In this document: one piece after another, positions 28,105 through 42,550 of the stretch
Position numbering within the stretch: the first letter of the stretch is position 1
How the letters are laid out: every line of letters starts with the position of its first letter
Source of the DNA: an uncultured Actinomycetota bacterium
Lineage (GTDB): Bacteria; Actinomycetota; Actinomycetes; Propionibacteriales; Nocardioidaceae
NCBI GenBank assembly: GCA_963765725.1
Contig: CAVXXI010000001.1
Coordinates: forward strand, 547,838-611,837
Direction: 5' to 3'
Length of the DNA: 64,000 bases
The notes under the pieces: model-generated
Databases searched by the model: none
What the model was told of the DNA's origin: nothing
Seen by the model: the letters and a program-made list of their open reading frames with translations, nothing else
Position numbers and translations under genes: made by a program

Positions 28105-30615
28105 ATGGCGACCCGTACGTCCTCCTCGTCACGGTCGCGCAGCGCCAGCGGCAGCTCTCGATCCGGCTCGCGGGGCAGCTCCGCGAAGCGGTCCTCGAGC
28201 GCGCGGAGACGTCCGTCGGGCAGTTCGCGAGCCCGCAGTGCCAGCGCTCGGCGCACCGGGCCGGGTCCGGTCGTCCGCTTCATCGGCGGGATCGGACGGG
28301 CACTCCGCGCGATCTGGCTGGCCGTGGCGCACCTGCTCGGCGCGGTGGTGCGGCGGGTAGGGACGGTTGCCCGCGACCTCGACCCGGAGCATCGCCGCGA
28401 CGGGCTCGGCCTGGCGTTCCTCGGCCTCGCCATCGTGATCGCCGCCGCGGTCTGGTGGCAGCTCCCGGGCGGTGTCGGTGACGGCATCCGTACGGTGGTC
28501 GAGGGGTCGGTCGGGATCGCGGCGTACGCCGTACCGATCCTGCTCGTCGGGGCTGCCTGGCGGACGATGCGCAAGCCGGAGCTCAATGGCCCGGCCGGTC
28601 GTCCGGTCGTCGGCTGGACCGCGATCGGTCTCGGAGTGCTCGGCCTCATCCACATCTCCCACGGCCTCCCGCGGCCTGGCGGCGGGCAGGACGCGATGCG
28701 GGCGGCCGGGGGAGCGGTCGGCTACGTCGGCTCGGCGATGATCGCCGACCTGTTCCACAGCACCGTTGTCGCCATCCCGCTCCTGGTGCTGCTGTCGCTC
28801 TTCGGCCTCCTCGTGGTGACCGCGACCCCGGTGTACAAGGTCCCGAGCCGGCTTGCTGCGCTGCGTGACAAACTGCTGGGCCGTACGGCGTCGCAGGCCG
28901 GTGAGGCCACCGGTACCCTCGACTCGCCGCCACCGTTGGAGCCCCTCAACCGCGGGAGGCGCAGGCGCCGGGTCGGTGCCGCAACGGACCTCGGACCGCC
29001 CGACGAGGCCACCGACGCCGACGTGCTCGAGGGCCGGGAGTTCGCGTCGCGGCACACCGGGACGGAGTCGACCGTCGAGGACGGCCCGGGCGAGGCGCCG
29101 CCGCACACCCCACTGCCCCAGCGCGTGGAGCAGCTGAGCCTGTCCGGGGACATTTCGTACAGCCTGCCCGGCAACGAGGTGCTCAAGCCGGGCAGTGCCC
29201 ACAAGGCTCGTTCGACGGCGTCCGACGCGATCGTCGACCGGCTGACCGAGGTGCTCGACCAGTTCGGGATCGACGCCCAGATCACGGGCTACACGCGCGG
29301 GCCGACCGTCACCCGGTACGAGGTCGAGCTCGGGCCCGCGGTGAAGGTCGAGAAGGTGACCGCGCTGAGCCGCAACATCTCGTACGCCGTCGCCAGCGCC
29401 GACGTCCGCATCCTGTCCCCGATACCGGGGAAGTCGGCGATCGGGGTGGAGATCCCCAACATCGACGCCGAGATCGTGTCCCTGGGTGACGTGCTGCGCT
29501 CGGGGTCCGCCCGCAACTCACACCACCCGATGGTGGTCGCGCTGGGGAAGGACGTGGAGGGGGGTTTCGTCGTCGCCAACCTCGCCCGGATGCCGCATTT
29601 GCTCGTCGCCGGTGCCACCGGCTCGGGCAAGTCGAGCTTCATCAACTCGATGGTGTGCTCACTGCTCATGCGGTCGACCCCCGACGACGTGCGGATGATC
29701 ATGGTCGATCCGAAGCGCGTCGAGCTCACGGCCTACGAGGGGATCCCGCACCTCATCACCCCGATCATCACGAGCCCCAAGAAGGCCGCCGAGGCACTGC
29801 AGTGGGTGGTCCGCGAGATGGACCAGCGCTACGACGACCTGGCGCACTTCGGCTTCCGCCACATCGACGACTTCAACCGGGCGGTGCGCGCGGGAGCGGT
29901 CACGCCGCCGCCGGGCAGCGAGCGCGTACTCACGGCGTACCCGTACCTCGTCATCGTCGTCGACGAGCTCGCAGATCTCATGATGGTCGCACCCCGCGAC
30001 GTCGAGGACTCCGTCGTCCGCATCACCCAGCTCGCGCGGGCCGCCGGCATCCATCTGGTGCTCGCGACGCAGCGGCCGTCGGTCGACGTCGTCACCGGGC
30101 TGATCAAGGCGAACGTCCCGAGCCGGCTCGCGTTCGCCACGTCGTCCCTGGCCGACAGCCGGGTCATCCTCGACCAGCCGGGTGCGGAGAAGCTCGTCGG
30201 CAAGGGCGACGCCCTCTTCCTGCCCATGGGCGCGAGCAAGCCGGCCCGTGTACAGGGCGCGTGGGTGACCGAGGAGGAGATCAGAAAGGTCGTCGCCCAC
30301 TGCAAGAAGCAGCTCCAGCCGACGTACCGCGACGACGTCACGGTCCCGCAGCAGGCCAAGCGGGAGATCGACGAGGACATCGGCGGTGACCTCGACCTGG
30401 TTTGCCAGGCGGTAGAGCTGGTGGTTTCCACCCAGTTCGGCTCGACGTCGATGCTCCAGCGCAAGCTCAGGGTCGGCTTCGCCAAGGCCGGCCGCCTCAT
30501 GGACATCCTCGAGAGCCGGGGGATCGTCGGCCCATCCGAGGGCTCGAAGGCCCGCGATGTGCTCATCAAGCCCGACGACCTCGATGACGTGATCGCAACA
30601 CTGCAAGGGGAATGA
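28105..30615 (+). CDS. ftsK: DNA translocase FtsK
   Basis: N-terminal TM segments, a linker, a motor domain with Walker A GATGSGKSS and Walker B VIVVDELADL, and a C-terminal gamma winged-helix domain. Confidence 0.95.
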   Translation: MATRTSSSSRSRSASGSSRSGSRGSSAKRSSSARRRPSGSSRARSASARRTGPGPVVRFIGGIGRALRAIWLAVAHLLGAVVRRVGTVARDLDPEHRRDGLGLAFLGLAIVIAAAVWWQLPGGVGDGIRTVVEGSVGIAAYAVPILLVGAAWRTMRKPELNGPAGRPVVGWTAIGLGVLGLIHISHGLPRPGGGQDAMRAAGGAVGYVGSAMIADLFHSTVVAIPLLVLLSLFGLLVVTATPVYKVPSRLAALRDKLLGRTASQAGEATGTLDSPPPLEPLNRGRRRRRVGAATDLGPPDEATDADVLEGREFASRHTGTESTVEDGPGEAPPHTPLPQRVEQLSLSGDISYSLPGNEVLKPGSAHKARSTASDAIVDRLTEVLDQFGIDAQITGYTRGPTVTRYEVELGPAVKVEKVTALSRNISYAVASADVRILSPIPGKSAIGVEIPNIDAEIVSLGDVLRSGSARNSHHPMVVALGKDVEGGFVVANLARMPHLLVAGATGSGKSSFINSMVCSLLMRSTPDDVRMIMVDPKRVELTAYEGIPHLITPIITSPKKAAEALQWVVREMDQRYDDLAHFGFRHIDDFNRAVRAGAVTPPPGSERVLTAYPYLVIVVDELADLMMVAPRDVEDSVVRITQLARAAGIHLVLATQRPSVDVVTGLIKANVPSRLAFATSSLADSRVILDQPGAEKLVGKGDALFLPMGASKPARVQGAWVTEEEIRKVVAHCKKQLQPTYRDDVTVPQQAKREIDEDIGGDLDLVCQAVELVVSTQFGSTSMLQRKLRVGFAKAGRLMDILESRGIVGPSEGSKARDVLIKPDDLDDVIATLQGE

Positions 30616-32522
30616 TGGCCGACTCGCCCGATGTACTGGTCCGCAGGCGCACCTCGCTGCTGGTGGTCCTGCTCGCTGCCTCCACGGGGCTGGCGGCTGG
30701 GTATGTCTGGCGGTTCTCTGCTTCGAGCCGTCTGCTCGACCTGGTCGTAGGACTCGTCCTCGCCGTCATCGCGCTGTGTCACGCGTACGCCTGGGTGGAC
30801 TCGCGTACGCCGCTGTTCGTGGCCGACAGTACGGGGGTACGCATCCGGCTGGGTCGGGACTGGACCGGCATTCCGTGGGACCGGGTCGAGTCGGTCGAGG
30901 TCGAGGCCCGCGGTCGGGTAAAGGACGGCCGGGTGGCGGTGCTGACCGCGGATTCAGGTGCCCTGTTGGCGAAGGCCGGCCGTCGGTCACGGTGGGCGGC
31001 CGCGCTCAACCGGCGGCTGTACGGAGCAGCACTGGTGGCGCCGTACGGGTTGGCGACGACCGAGTCCGTACCGGACATCGCGGCCGCCATGGAGCGGCTC
31101 GCGCGGGGGCGGGCCGCTGTCGTGGTCCTCGGCTCACGGACCGGGTCCGACTCGGCCGAGGACGAGGCGTCGGCGGTTGTACCCATCAGTGCTGACGGCG
31201 ATGTCGGCGACCACGACTTCGACGCGGGTCTGGACTTCGACACGGTCACCAACGACGACGGCGGTGAGGCGTCGGCCGATGAGGAGGTCGCCGAGACTGC
31301 GCCGGCGCTTGTCGACGTCGAAGGGCGGGCGGCCGCTGCGCCGCCCGACCCCACCCCGGCAGTACCCGATCCCCGTCGGGCTCGGGCGCCGCGGCGCAAG
31401 GTGTGGGCGGCGCGCTCGTCGAGGTCGGCGGCCGGTCCGTCGCCGGTGGTGTCCATCCCGCGTATGGCACGGCGCGAGGAGCGCACCCTCGACGCACGGC
31501 CGGCGGCGGCGAGCTTCGGGGCGCTTGCCCTGTCGGAGCCCAGCAACGCCGCGGCTGAGCAACTGCCCGAGATCGAGGAGCTCCGCCGCCGTGTCGAAGG
31601 CGAGGCGGTCATCCCTGAGCAGGCGACGGGAGACAACGACCTGGTGTCGGGCAACGTCTCGCTGATCATCGACGCCACCACCGACTTGTCCGCGCGGGCC
31701 ATGCAGCGCGTCAGGGAGTTCCAGCCCACCCTCCCCGCGCAGAGCACCCCGACCGATGGGGACCAGGCGGGCCAGCCGCCCATGGGTACGGTGATCGGCG
31801 CAGAGCTGGCCCACGCCCGGGAGACCCTCGGGCTGAGTGTGGACGAGCTCGCCGACCGTACGAGGATCCGGCCGTCGGTCATCGAGTCGATCGAGCGCGA
31901 CGACTTCTCCCCGTGTGGTGGGGACTTCTACGCCAAGGGGCATCTGCGGATGCTCTGCCGCGTGCTGGGCGTCGAGGCGGCCCCTCTCCTCGGTGCCTAC
32001 GACGCGAGCTTCGCCACCACCCCCATCAAGGCGCGGGACGTGTTCGAGGCCGAGCTGTCGAGCGGCTCGTCCGGACTCGTCCGTGGTGGCGCCTCGGGCG
32101 CGAATTGGGGCGTGCTTGTCGCCGTGGTCGTCGTCCTGCTGGTGACCTGGGGTGCTGCCCGGGTGTTCTCCGGCCCTGGGGACCAGTCGCAGACGAACGC
32201 GGCGGCAACGGGGAGTCGGGGGGCCGTGACGCCGAAGGTTGCGTCACCGCCCGTCGTGCCGCCGGAGACACACGTCGAGGTGACTGTCTCGGGTGGCCAC
32301 TCTCGGGTTGTCGTACGCGACGGGTCGATGCACGTGCTTTTCAGCCGCGTGCTGACGGACGGCACGGTACGACACTTCCACGGCTCGGGACCGTTGCGGA
32401 TACATGCCGCCGACGCGGGAGTCGTCTCGCTCAGCGTGTACGGCCGAAGCCTCGGCGTCCTCGGTCCCGCCGGATCGCCGGCACACCGCATCATCCCGGC
32501 GCCTCACGCACACACGCGCTGA
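30612..32522 (+). CDS. Membrane protein with a RodZ-like HTH (XRE-type) and a DUF4115-like C-terminal domain, with a long acidic/Pro-rich linker
   Basis: ATGA overlap with ftsK. It has N-terminal TM helices and a PH-like segment. The HTH is GAELAHARETLGLSVDELADRTRIRPSVIESIERDDF, followed by a TM helix and then a beta-rich C-terminus. Confidence 0.7.
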   Translation: MMADSPDVLVRRRTSLLVVLLAASTGLAAGYVWRFSASSRLLDLVVGLVLAVIALCHAYAWVDSRTPLFVADSTGVRIRLGRDWTGIPWDRVESVEVEARGRVKDGRVAVLTADSGALLAKAGRRSRWAAALNRRLYGAALVAPYGLATTESVPDIAAAMERLARGRAAVVVLGSRTGSDSAEDEASAVVPISADGDVGDHDFDAGLDFDTVTNDDGGEASADEEVAETAPALVDVEGRAAAAPPDPTPAVPDPRRARAPRRKVWAARSSRSAAGPSPVVSIPRMARREERTLDARPAAASFGALALSEPSNAAAEQLPEIEELRRRVEGEAVIPEQATGDNDLVSGNVSLIIDATTDLSARAMQRVREFQPTLPAQSTPTDGDQAGQPPMGTVIGAELAHARETLGLSVDELADRTRIRPSVIESIERDDFSPCGGDFYAKGHLRMLCRVLGVEAAPLLGAYDASFATTPIKARDVFEAELSSGSSGLVRGGASGANWGVLVAVVVVLLVTWGAARVFSGPGDQSQTNAAATGSRGAVTPKVASPPVVPPETHVEVTVSGGHSRVVVRDGSMHVLFSRVLTDGTVRHFHGSGPLRIHAADAGVVSLSVYGRSLGVLGPAGSPAHRIIPAPHAHTR

Positions 32523-32590
32523 CCCCTGCCGCCCGCGCACGTAGTCAGCCATCGGACCCTCGTCGCTGAGGTACGGCTACCTCCCGATAT

Positions 32591-32892
32591 CGAGTGGGTA
32601 GAAATGCATGCTCGAGTGGGTAGCTCTGTCCCCCTTCGACTGGGCGCAAATGTCGCTTCGAGCGGGCGCATATGTCGCGTCGACTGGGCGCGTATGCACC
32701 TTCGAGTGGGCGCGTATGCATCGTCGAGTGGGCGGATATGTGTCTCGCGTGCATGGTGTGGTCCGTTCGCTGCGCCGGCTGACGCCAACATCTGCGCCTG
32801 TTCGAGCGAGCATTTGCGCCCGCTCGACCAGACATTTGCGCCCGCTCGACCAGACGTTTGCGCCCGCTCGACCAGACATTTGCGCCCGCTCG
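32591..32892. repeat. Composite inverted array of the 22-bp repeat: 7 forward units (32591-32746), a 36-nt spacer, and 5 reverse units (32783-32892)
   Basis: Units were read directly. The forward type is CGAGTGGGCGCGTATGCATCGT and the reverse type is ACCAGACATTTGCGCCCGCTCG. Confidence 0.9.
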
Positions 32893-32972
32893 ACGGGGAA
32901 TGTGGGGGGCGATCGTGGGTACGTCGCAGGGGCTGCCCCGACGGGGGCCACGACTCGGGAGAGGACACTGCC

Positions 32973-33791
32973 TTGAGCACGACATCGGACACCATCGACA
33001 CGGCCGTTCGGCCACTGGCTGTCGTCACCGGAGCCTCGAGCGGGATCGGGCGGGAGCTCGCTCGGCAGTTCGCAGACAACGGCTTCGATCTGGTCTTGGC
33101 GGCAGAGGACGAGGAGCTGGCGCAGGTTGCCGTCGACCTCGAGCGGGCCGGGGCCGAGGTACGGGCCGAGCAGGTCGACCTCGCCACCCGTGAGGGCGTC
33201 GAACGTCTCGCTGCTGCGATCGCCGCGACCGACCGCCCGGTGGCTGCCGCGGCGCTCAACGCAGGCGTCGGTGTGTCGGGGCGCTTCGACGAGATCGATC
33301 TGGCCGACGACCTCCGGCTGATGGAGCTCAACGTCGTGTCGACGGTTCACCTGGCCAAGCGGCTGGTTCCGGCCATGGTGCAGCGCGGCGAGGGACGGCT
33401 CCTCTTCACCGCGTCGGTGGCGGCGACCATGCCCGGCCCGTACTACGCGACGTACGCCGCGTCCAAGTCGTTTGTGCACTCGTTCGCCGAGGCCATCCGC
33501 CATGAGCTGAAGGACACCGGTGTCACCGTCACCTCGCTCATGCCAGGCCCGACCGACACGGAGTTCTTCGACCGGGCCGGTATGCAGGACACCAAGGTCG
33601 ACAGCGGCAAGAAGGACGACCCGGCTGATGTCGCCCGGGACGGCTTCGAAGCCCTGATGGCGGGCAAGGACCACGTGGTCGCAGGGTCGGCGATGAACCG
33701 CGCGCAGACCGCCGCCAGCACGATCCTCCCGGACCCGATCAAAGCGCGGGTACACGCTTCGATGACCGAGCCGGGGTCGGGAGACTCGTAA
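32973..33791 (+). CDS. SDR-family oxidoreductase
   Basis: TGASSGIG cofactor motif and YxxxK (YAASK). Start placed at TTG 32973 after GGGAGAGGA. The upstream part of the track ORF crosses the repeat array. Confidence 0.85.
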   Translation: MSTTSDTIDTAVRPLAVVTGASSGIGRELARQFADNGFDLVLAAEDEELAQVAVDLERAGAEVRAEQVDLATREGVERLAAAIAATDRPVAAAALNAGVGVSGRFDEIDLADDLRLMELNVVSTVHLAKRLVPAMVQRGEGRLLFTASVAATMPGPYYATYAASKSFVHSFAEAIRHELKDTGVTVTSLMPGPTDTEFFDRAGMQDTKVDSGKKDDPADVARDGFEALMAGKDHVVAGSAMNRAQTAASTILPDPIKARVHASMTEPGSGDS

Positions 33792-33870
33792 CGCGCAGGA
33801 CTGATGCGCTTCGAGGTCGGTAGGGAACCCAGTGCGGGCCGTCGGCCAGACGGCATACTGGTGGGACCTT

Positions 33871-35397
33871 ATGACGACCCTGAAGCGTGCACTCGCCACG
33901 ACTGCCCCAGCGAGCATCGCTGCTTCCGTAGGACCTGCCGACAGCAGAACACCTGGGTCGGACACCCAGCCGACCGTCGCACTGGTGACGCTGGGATGTG
34001 CTCGCAACGACGTCGACTCCGAGGAGCTGGCCGCCCGGTTGGACGAGGGCGGCTTCGCGCTCGTCGAGGCTGCCGAGTCGGCTGACCTTGTCGTCGTGAA
34101 CACGTGCGGTTTCGTCGAGGCTGCCAAGAAGGACTCGGTCGACGCCCTCCTGGAGGCCGCAGACCTGAAGACCGGCGGCCGGACGCGCGCCGTCGTGGCC
34201 GTCGGGTGCCTCGCGGAGCGGTATGGGCGCGAGCTGGCCGAGTCTCTCCCGGAGGCCGATGCCATCCTCGGCTTCGACGACTATCCGGACATCTCGGCGA
34301 GGCTGAGGAGCATCCTCGCCGGGGAACGGCATGAGGCGCATGTGCCTGTCGACCGCCGTGTCCTACTGCCGATCAGCCCGGTTGAGCGCGCCGCCGCCGC
34401 CGTGTCGGTACCGGGGCACGGCCAGTCGGCACCCGACCTCCCGGCCGAGCTCGCGCCGGCCAGTGGACCGCGGGCGGTACGCCGGCGGCTCGGCTCGGGT
34501 CCGCTCGCGCCGCTCAAGATCGCCTCCGGATGCGACCGGCGTTGCGCCTTCTGCGCCATCCCGAGCTTTCGCGGGTCGTTCGTGTCGCGGCCGCCGACAG
34601 ACATCCTCGACGAGGCGCGTTGGCTCGCCGGCCACGCGGTCCGCGAGCTGCTGCTGGTGAGCGAGAACTCGACGTCGTACGGCAAGGACCTCGGCGACCT
34701 GCGGCTGCTGGAGTCGCTGCTGCCGGCCCTGTCGGAGGTCGAGGGCATCTCGCGGGTACGGGTGTCGTACCTGCAGCCGGCGGAGACCCGCCCGACCCTG
34801 GTCGAGGCGATCGCCTCGACCGTCGGTGTGGCGCGCTACTTCGACCTCTCGTTCCAGCACGCATCGGCGGGCGTACTGCGCCGGATGCGCCGGTTCGGCG
34901 ATGGCGAGCGCTTCTTGGGGCTCCTCGAGCAGATCCGCTCCGCGAGCCCGTATGCCGGGGCCAGGAGCAACTTCATCGTCGGCTTTCCGGGAGAGACCGA
35001 CGCCGACGTCGAGCAGCTCTGCGCCTTCCTGGAGGCGGCCCGGCTGGACGCCGTCGGGATCTTCGGGTACTCCGACGAGGACGGCACGGAGGGGACCTCG
35101 CTGCCGGGACACCTCGATGACGACGAGATAGCGGCTCGGGTACGGCACGTCTCCCGCCTCGCCGAGGAGCTCACCGCACAGCGGGCCGAGGACCGGATCG
35201 GCGAGCGGGTCGACGTCCTGCTCGAGCGGCTCGAGGACTCGGCCGCGGAGGGGAGGGCCGACTGCCAGGGCCCCGACGTGGACGGCTCGACCACGCTCAC
35301 GGCGCTCCCGACGGGTGCCGCGGTCGGCGACATCGTCACCGCACGTGTGGTTGCCAGCTCGGGTGTCGACCTGATCGCCACCCCCGTCGGGTCATAG
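33871..35397 (+). CDS. rimO: Ribosomal protein S12 methylthiotransferase
   Basis: UPF0004 domain ([11 protein letters not shown]...VVNTCGF), radical-SAM motif CDRRCAFC and a TRAM C-terminus. Start at ATG 33871 or the upstream ATG 33832. Confidence 0.85.
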   Translation: MTTLKRALATTAPASIAASVGPADSRTPGSDTQPTVALVTLGCARNDVDSEELAARLDEGGFALVEAAESADLVVVNTCGFVEAAKKDSVDALLEAADLKTGGRTRAVVAVGCLAERYGRELAESLPEADAILGFDDYPDISARLRSILAGERHEAHVPVDRRVLLPISPVERAAAAVSVPGHGQSAPDLPAELAPASGPRAVRRRLGSGPLAPLKIASGCDRRCAFCAIPSFRGSFVSRPPTDILDEARWLAGHAVRELLLVSENSTSYGKDLGDLRLLESLLPALSEVEGISRVRVSYLQPAETRPTLVEAIASTVGVARYFDLSFQHASAGVLRRMRRFGDGERFLGLLEQIRSASPYAGARSNFIVGFPGETDADVEQLCAFLEAARLDAVGIFGYSDEDGTEGTSLPGHLDDDEIAARVRHVSRLAEELTAQRAEDRIGERVDVLLERLEDSAAEGRADCQGPDVDGSTTLTALPTGAAVGDIVTARVVASSGVDLIATPVGS

Positions 35398-35398
35398 G

Positions 35399-36028
35399 TT
35401 GTCGCACATGCCGACGCCCCTCACCAAGCCGAACAACTGGAACCTGCCGAACGGCTTGACGACGCTGCGCATCGTGCTCGTTCCGCTGTTCGGCTGGGTG
35501 CTCCTCATGGACGGCGGCCAGAGCTCCGGCCTGCGGATCTGGGCGTTCGTCGTGTTCCTGGTGGCGATCCTGACCGACCGGATCGACGGCGACATCGCGC
35601 GCCGGCGCAACCTGGTCACCGACTTCGGCAAGCTGATGGACCCTATCGCGGACAAGGCTCTGACGGGCATGGCGTTCGTGGGGCTGTCGATCATCGGCGA
35701 GCTGTGGTGGTGGGTCACGATCGTCGTGCTCGGCCGAGAGTGGGGTATCACCCTGCTGCGGTTCTGGGTCATCCGTTACGGCGTGATGCCGGCCAGCCGC
35801 GGCGGCAAGCTCAAGACCACGCTTCAGGCGGTCGCCCTCTGCGGGCTGATCCTGCCGTTGCGCGAACTCCACGGCGGATGGCACCCGATCGGGCAGGGGC
35901 TGTGGTGGGTCGCCGTCGTGCTGATGGTCGCCGCGGTCGTCACCACGCTCGTGACTGGGGTCGAGTACGTGCGCGATGCGGTCAGGCTGCGCCGCGACGG
36001 ACAAGCCGCCGCCTCGGCGTCCTCGTGA
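35399..36028 (+). CDS. pgsA: CDP-diacylglycerol--glycerol-3-phosphate 3-phosphatidyltransferase
   Basis: CDP-alcohol phosphatidyltransferase motif DRIDGDIARRRNLVTDFGKLMDPIADK. Start at TTG 35399 or ATG 35408. Confidence 0.9.
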   Translation: MSHMPTPLTKPNNWNLPNGLTTLRIVLVPLFGWVLLMDGGQSSGLRIWAFVVFLVAILTDRIDGDIARRRNLVTDFGKLMDPIADKALTGMAFVGLSIIGELWWWVTIVVLGREWGITLLRFWVIRYGVMPASRGGKLKTTLQAVALCGLILPLRELHGGWHPIGQGLWWVAVVLMVAAVVTTLVTGVEYVRDAVRLRRDGQAAASASS

Positions 36029-36540
36029 CCTCGTCGGCCCAGCACTGCCTCGCCGAGCTGCAGACCCGAGGTCAGACGCTCGCGACGGCCGAATCGCTGA
36101 CCTGTGGGCTGATCGCGGCCACGTTGGCCGGCGTGCCGGGTGCGTCGGCGGTGCTTCGGGGAGGACTTGCGGCGTACGCGACGGACGTCAAGACGAGCGT
36201 GCTCGGGGTGGATGCCGCCCTCGTCGACCGGTACGGCGTCATCTCACGTCAGTGCGCCGAGGCCATGGCGGCCCGCGCGGCGACCATGTTCGGGAGCGAC
36301 TGGGCCGTCGCGTCAACCGGTGTGGCCGGCCCGGACTCACAGGAGGGTCACGAGGTCGGCACGGTGTTCGTCTCAGTCGCCGGACCGGGCGTCGCTCGCA
36401 GCGCCGCACTCGCGCTCAGCGGCGAGCGCAACTCCATCCGCGCCGCAACGGTCGACGCGGCTCTTGCGCTGCTCGAGGCGGCTCTGGACGCGGCACCGGG
36501 GCGACGGGGGAAGGATCGCGACGGGGGTGGCGTTGACTGA
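36025..36540 (+). CDS. CinA-family nicotinamide-mononucleotide amidohydrolase (PncC domain)
   Basis: GTGA overlap with pgs[10 protein letters not shown] motif, with pgsA-cinA-clgR synteny. Confidence 0.85.
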   Translation: MTSSAQHCLAELQTRGQTLATAESLTCGLIAATLAGVPGASAVLRGGLAAYATDVKTSVLGVDAALVDRYGVISRQCAEAMAARAATMFGSDWAVASTGVAGPDSQEGHEVGTVFVSVAGPGVARSAALALSGERNSIRAATVDAALALLEAALDAAPGRRGKDRDGGGVD

Positions 36541-36634
36541 AGCAGGTGTGCCACAGCAGCAGACGGGTAACCTTAGAGAACCATCACTTTGGAGCACCAC
36601 CACGGCACCAGACCCGCAGAACGAAGGGAGACTC

Positions 36635-36952
36635 ATGATCCTGTTCCGGCGGCTGCTAGGAGACGTGCTCCGTGAGCACCGACGGTCACAGGGACGTACC
36701 CTTCGCGATGTCTCCGCGGGGGCCCGAGTAAGCCTCGGGTACGTCTCCGAGATCGAGCGCGGTCAGAAGGAAGCCTCCTCCGAATGCCTGGCGGCGATCT
36801 GCGCGGCGCTGAACGTCCCGCTGTCGGTGGTCATGGCCGAGGTCAGCGACGAGCTGGCCCGCGAAGAGGCCTCGATGGCCGCCCTCACGTCGCTGCGCCT
36901 CCCGAGTCGACGTCACCACGCACAGGCCGACGTCACGAACGTCGCTGCCTGA
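36635..36952 (+). CDS. clgR: XRE-family HTH transcriptional regulator (ClgR-like by synteny)
   Basis: [28 protein letters not shown], in the position downstream of pgsA/cinA as in mycobacteria and corynebacteria. Confidence 0.7.
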   Translation: MILFRRLLGDVLREHRRSQGRTLRDVSAGARVSLGYVSEIERGQKEASSECLAAICAALNVPLSVVMAEVSDELAREEASMAALTSLRLPSRRHHAQADVTNVAA

Positions 36953-37784
36953 CCGTCGGGGCGGGTACCTCCGGCTGGCATCGAGGGCACCAGAAGCTCT
37001 CACGCGCGCGGTCCTGATCCTGGCGAGCGTCCGCTCGCCGTTCGAGATCGGCCGTCGACACGAACACGTCGCGACGGATCTTCGTGCCGCACCTGCGACA
37101 CGGCAACCCCCGCCGTCCGTACACCCACAGCTCCCTGCCGCGGCGCAGGTCACCGGTCGTCGACTGGGTCGACCGAGCCTTGTTGGCCTCGAGCAGCTGC
37201 TGGGCCCGTTGCACCAGCCGCGGGAGCGTGTCGATCTGCGCGACCGGTGAGTTGGGGTGCACGCCCATCAGGAAGCACACCTCGGCCTTGTACATGTTGC
37301 CGATTCCTGCCAGGTTGCGTTGGTCGAGCAGTGCCTCGCCGACCGGGATGTCGCCACGTGAGCGCAGCCGACGCAGCGCCTCGTCGAGGGACCAGTCGCC
37401 GCCCAGCAGGTCGGGTCCCAGGTGGCCGACGACCTCGTCCTCGGCCGCACGACTCACCACCTCGACCCGGCCGAGCCGGAAACCGACCGCCTGCCGATCC
37501 GCTGTGGCGAGCACGACCCGCGCCTGGAACGCCGGCGACCGCCACGCGGCGCCGAGCCGGTAGATGTGCCAGGACCCCTCCATCTTCAGGTGGGAGTGGA
37601 TGGTCACGTCCTCGACGCGGGTCAGCAGGTGCTTGCCGCGGCTGACGGTCTCGGTGACCCGGCGGCCGCGCAGATCCACCTCGGCCCACTCCGGGACCCT
37701 GAAGTCGCTCACCGTCAGCGCCTCGCCGCTCAGTGCTTCGTCGAGCCGCCGGGCCGTCAACCAGACGGTGTCGCCCTCGGGCAT
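36933..37784 (-). CDS. nei: Fpg/Nei-family DNA glycosylase (endonuclease VIII)
   Basis: N-terminal MPEGDT catalytic motif, H2TH domain and C-terminal zinc finger CRRCG...CPRC. It lies downstream of lhr. Confidence 0.9.
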   Translation of the reverse strand: MPEGDTVWLTARRLDEALSGEALTVSDFRVPEWAEVDLRGRRVTETVSRGKHLLTRVEDVTIHSHLKMEGSWHIYRLGAAWRSPAFQARVVLATADRQAVGFRLGRVEVVSRAAEDEVVGHLGPDLLGGDWSLDEALRRLRSRGDIPVGEALLDQRNLAGIGNMYKAEVCFLMGVHPNSPVAQIDTLPRLVQRAQQLLEANKARSTQSTTGDLRRGRELWVYGRRGLPCRRCGTKIRRDVFVSTADLERRADARQDQDRARESFWCPRCQPEVPAPTVRQRRS

Positions 37785-37880
37785 CGATCCTCCTCGCGCG
37801 ATCCGCCGCTCGCCGCCGGACGGCCGGCGCAGTCAGCGACGCAACGGTAGAGCGCGCTCGCCGCAGGGCAGCCGACGCGG

Positions 37881-42464
<4,584 letters not shown>

Positions 42465-42470
42465 GCCGCC

Positions 42471-42493
42471 ATCCTGTCCGATGCCACCGACAG
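42471..42493 (-). promoter_or_regulatory. RecA-NDp/PafBC-type promoter-like motif for lhr: CTGTCGGTG-N8-CAGGAT, 6 nt before the ATG
   Basis: The minus strand reads CTGTCGGTG GCATCGGA CAGGAT GGCGGC ATG. The -10 first base deviates from TAnnnT. The geometry implies a leaderless mRNA. Confidence 0.45.
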
Positions 42494-42521
42494 TTTCACG
42501 GCCCGGGAGCGCGCACAGCCT

Positions 42522-42544
42522 CTGTCGGCGGCGCTGGCTAGATT
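42522..42544 (+). promoter_or_regulatory. RecA-NDp/PafBC-type promoter-like motif: CTGTCGGCG-N8-TAGATT, 6 nt before GTG 42551
   Basis: Read directly on the plus strand. It mirrors the lhr motif 29 nt away on the other strand. Confidence 0.45.
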
Positions 42545-42550
42545 CTTCCC

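Noticed and set aside
36822-36843. TGTCGGTG-N8 motif inside clgR as another RecA-NDp promoter
   Set aside because: It lies within a coding sequence, and the -10 position reads CGAGGT rather than TAnnnT. It was taken as a chance occurrence and serves as a caution for the weaker hits.
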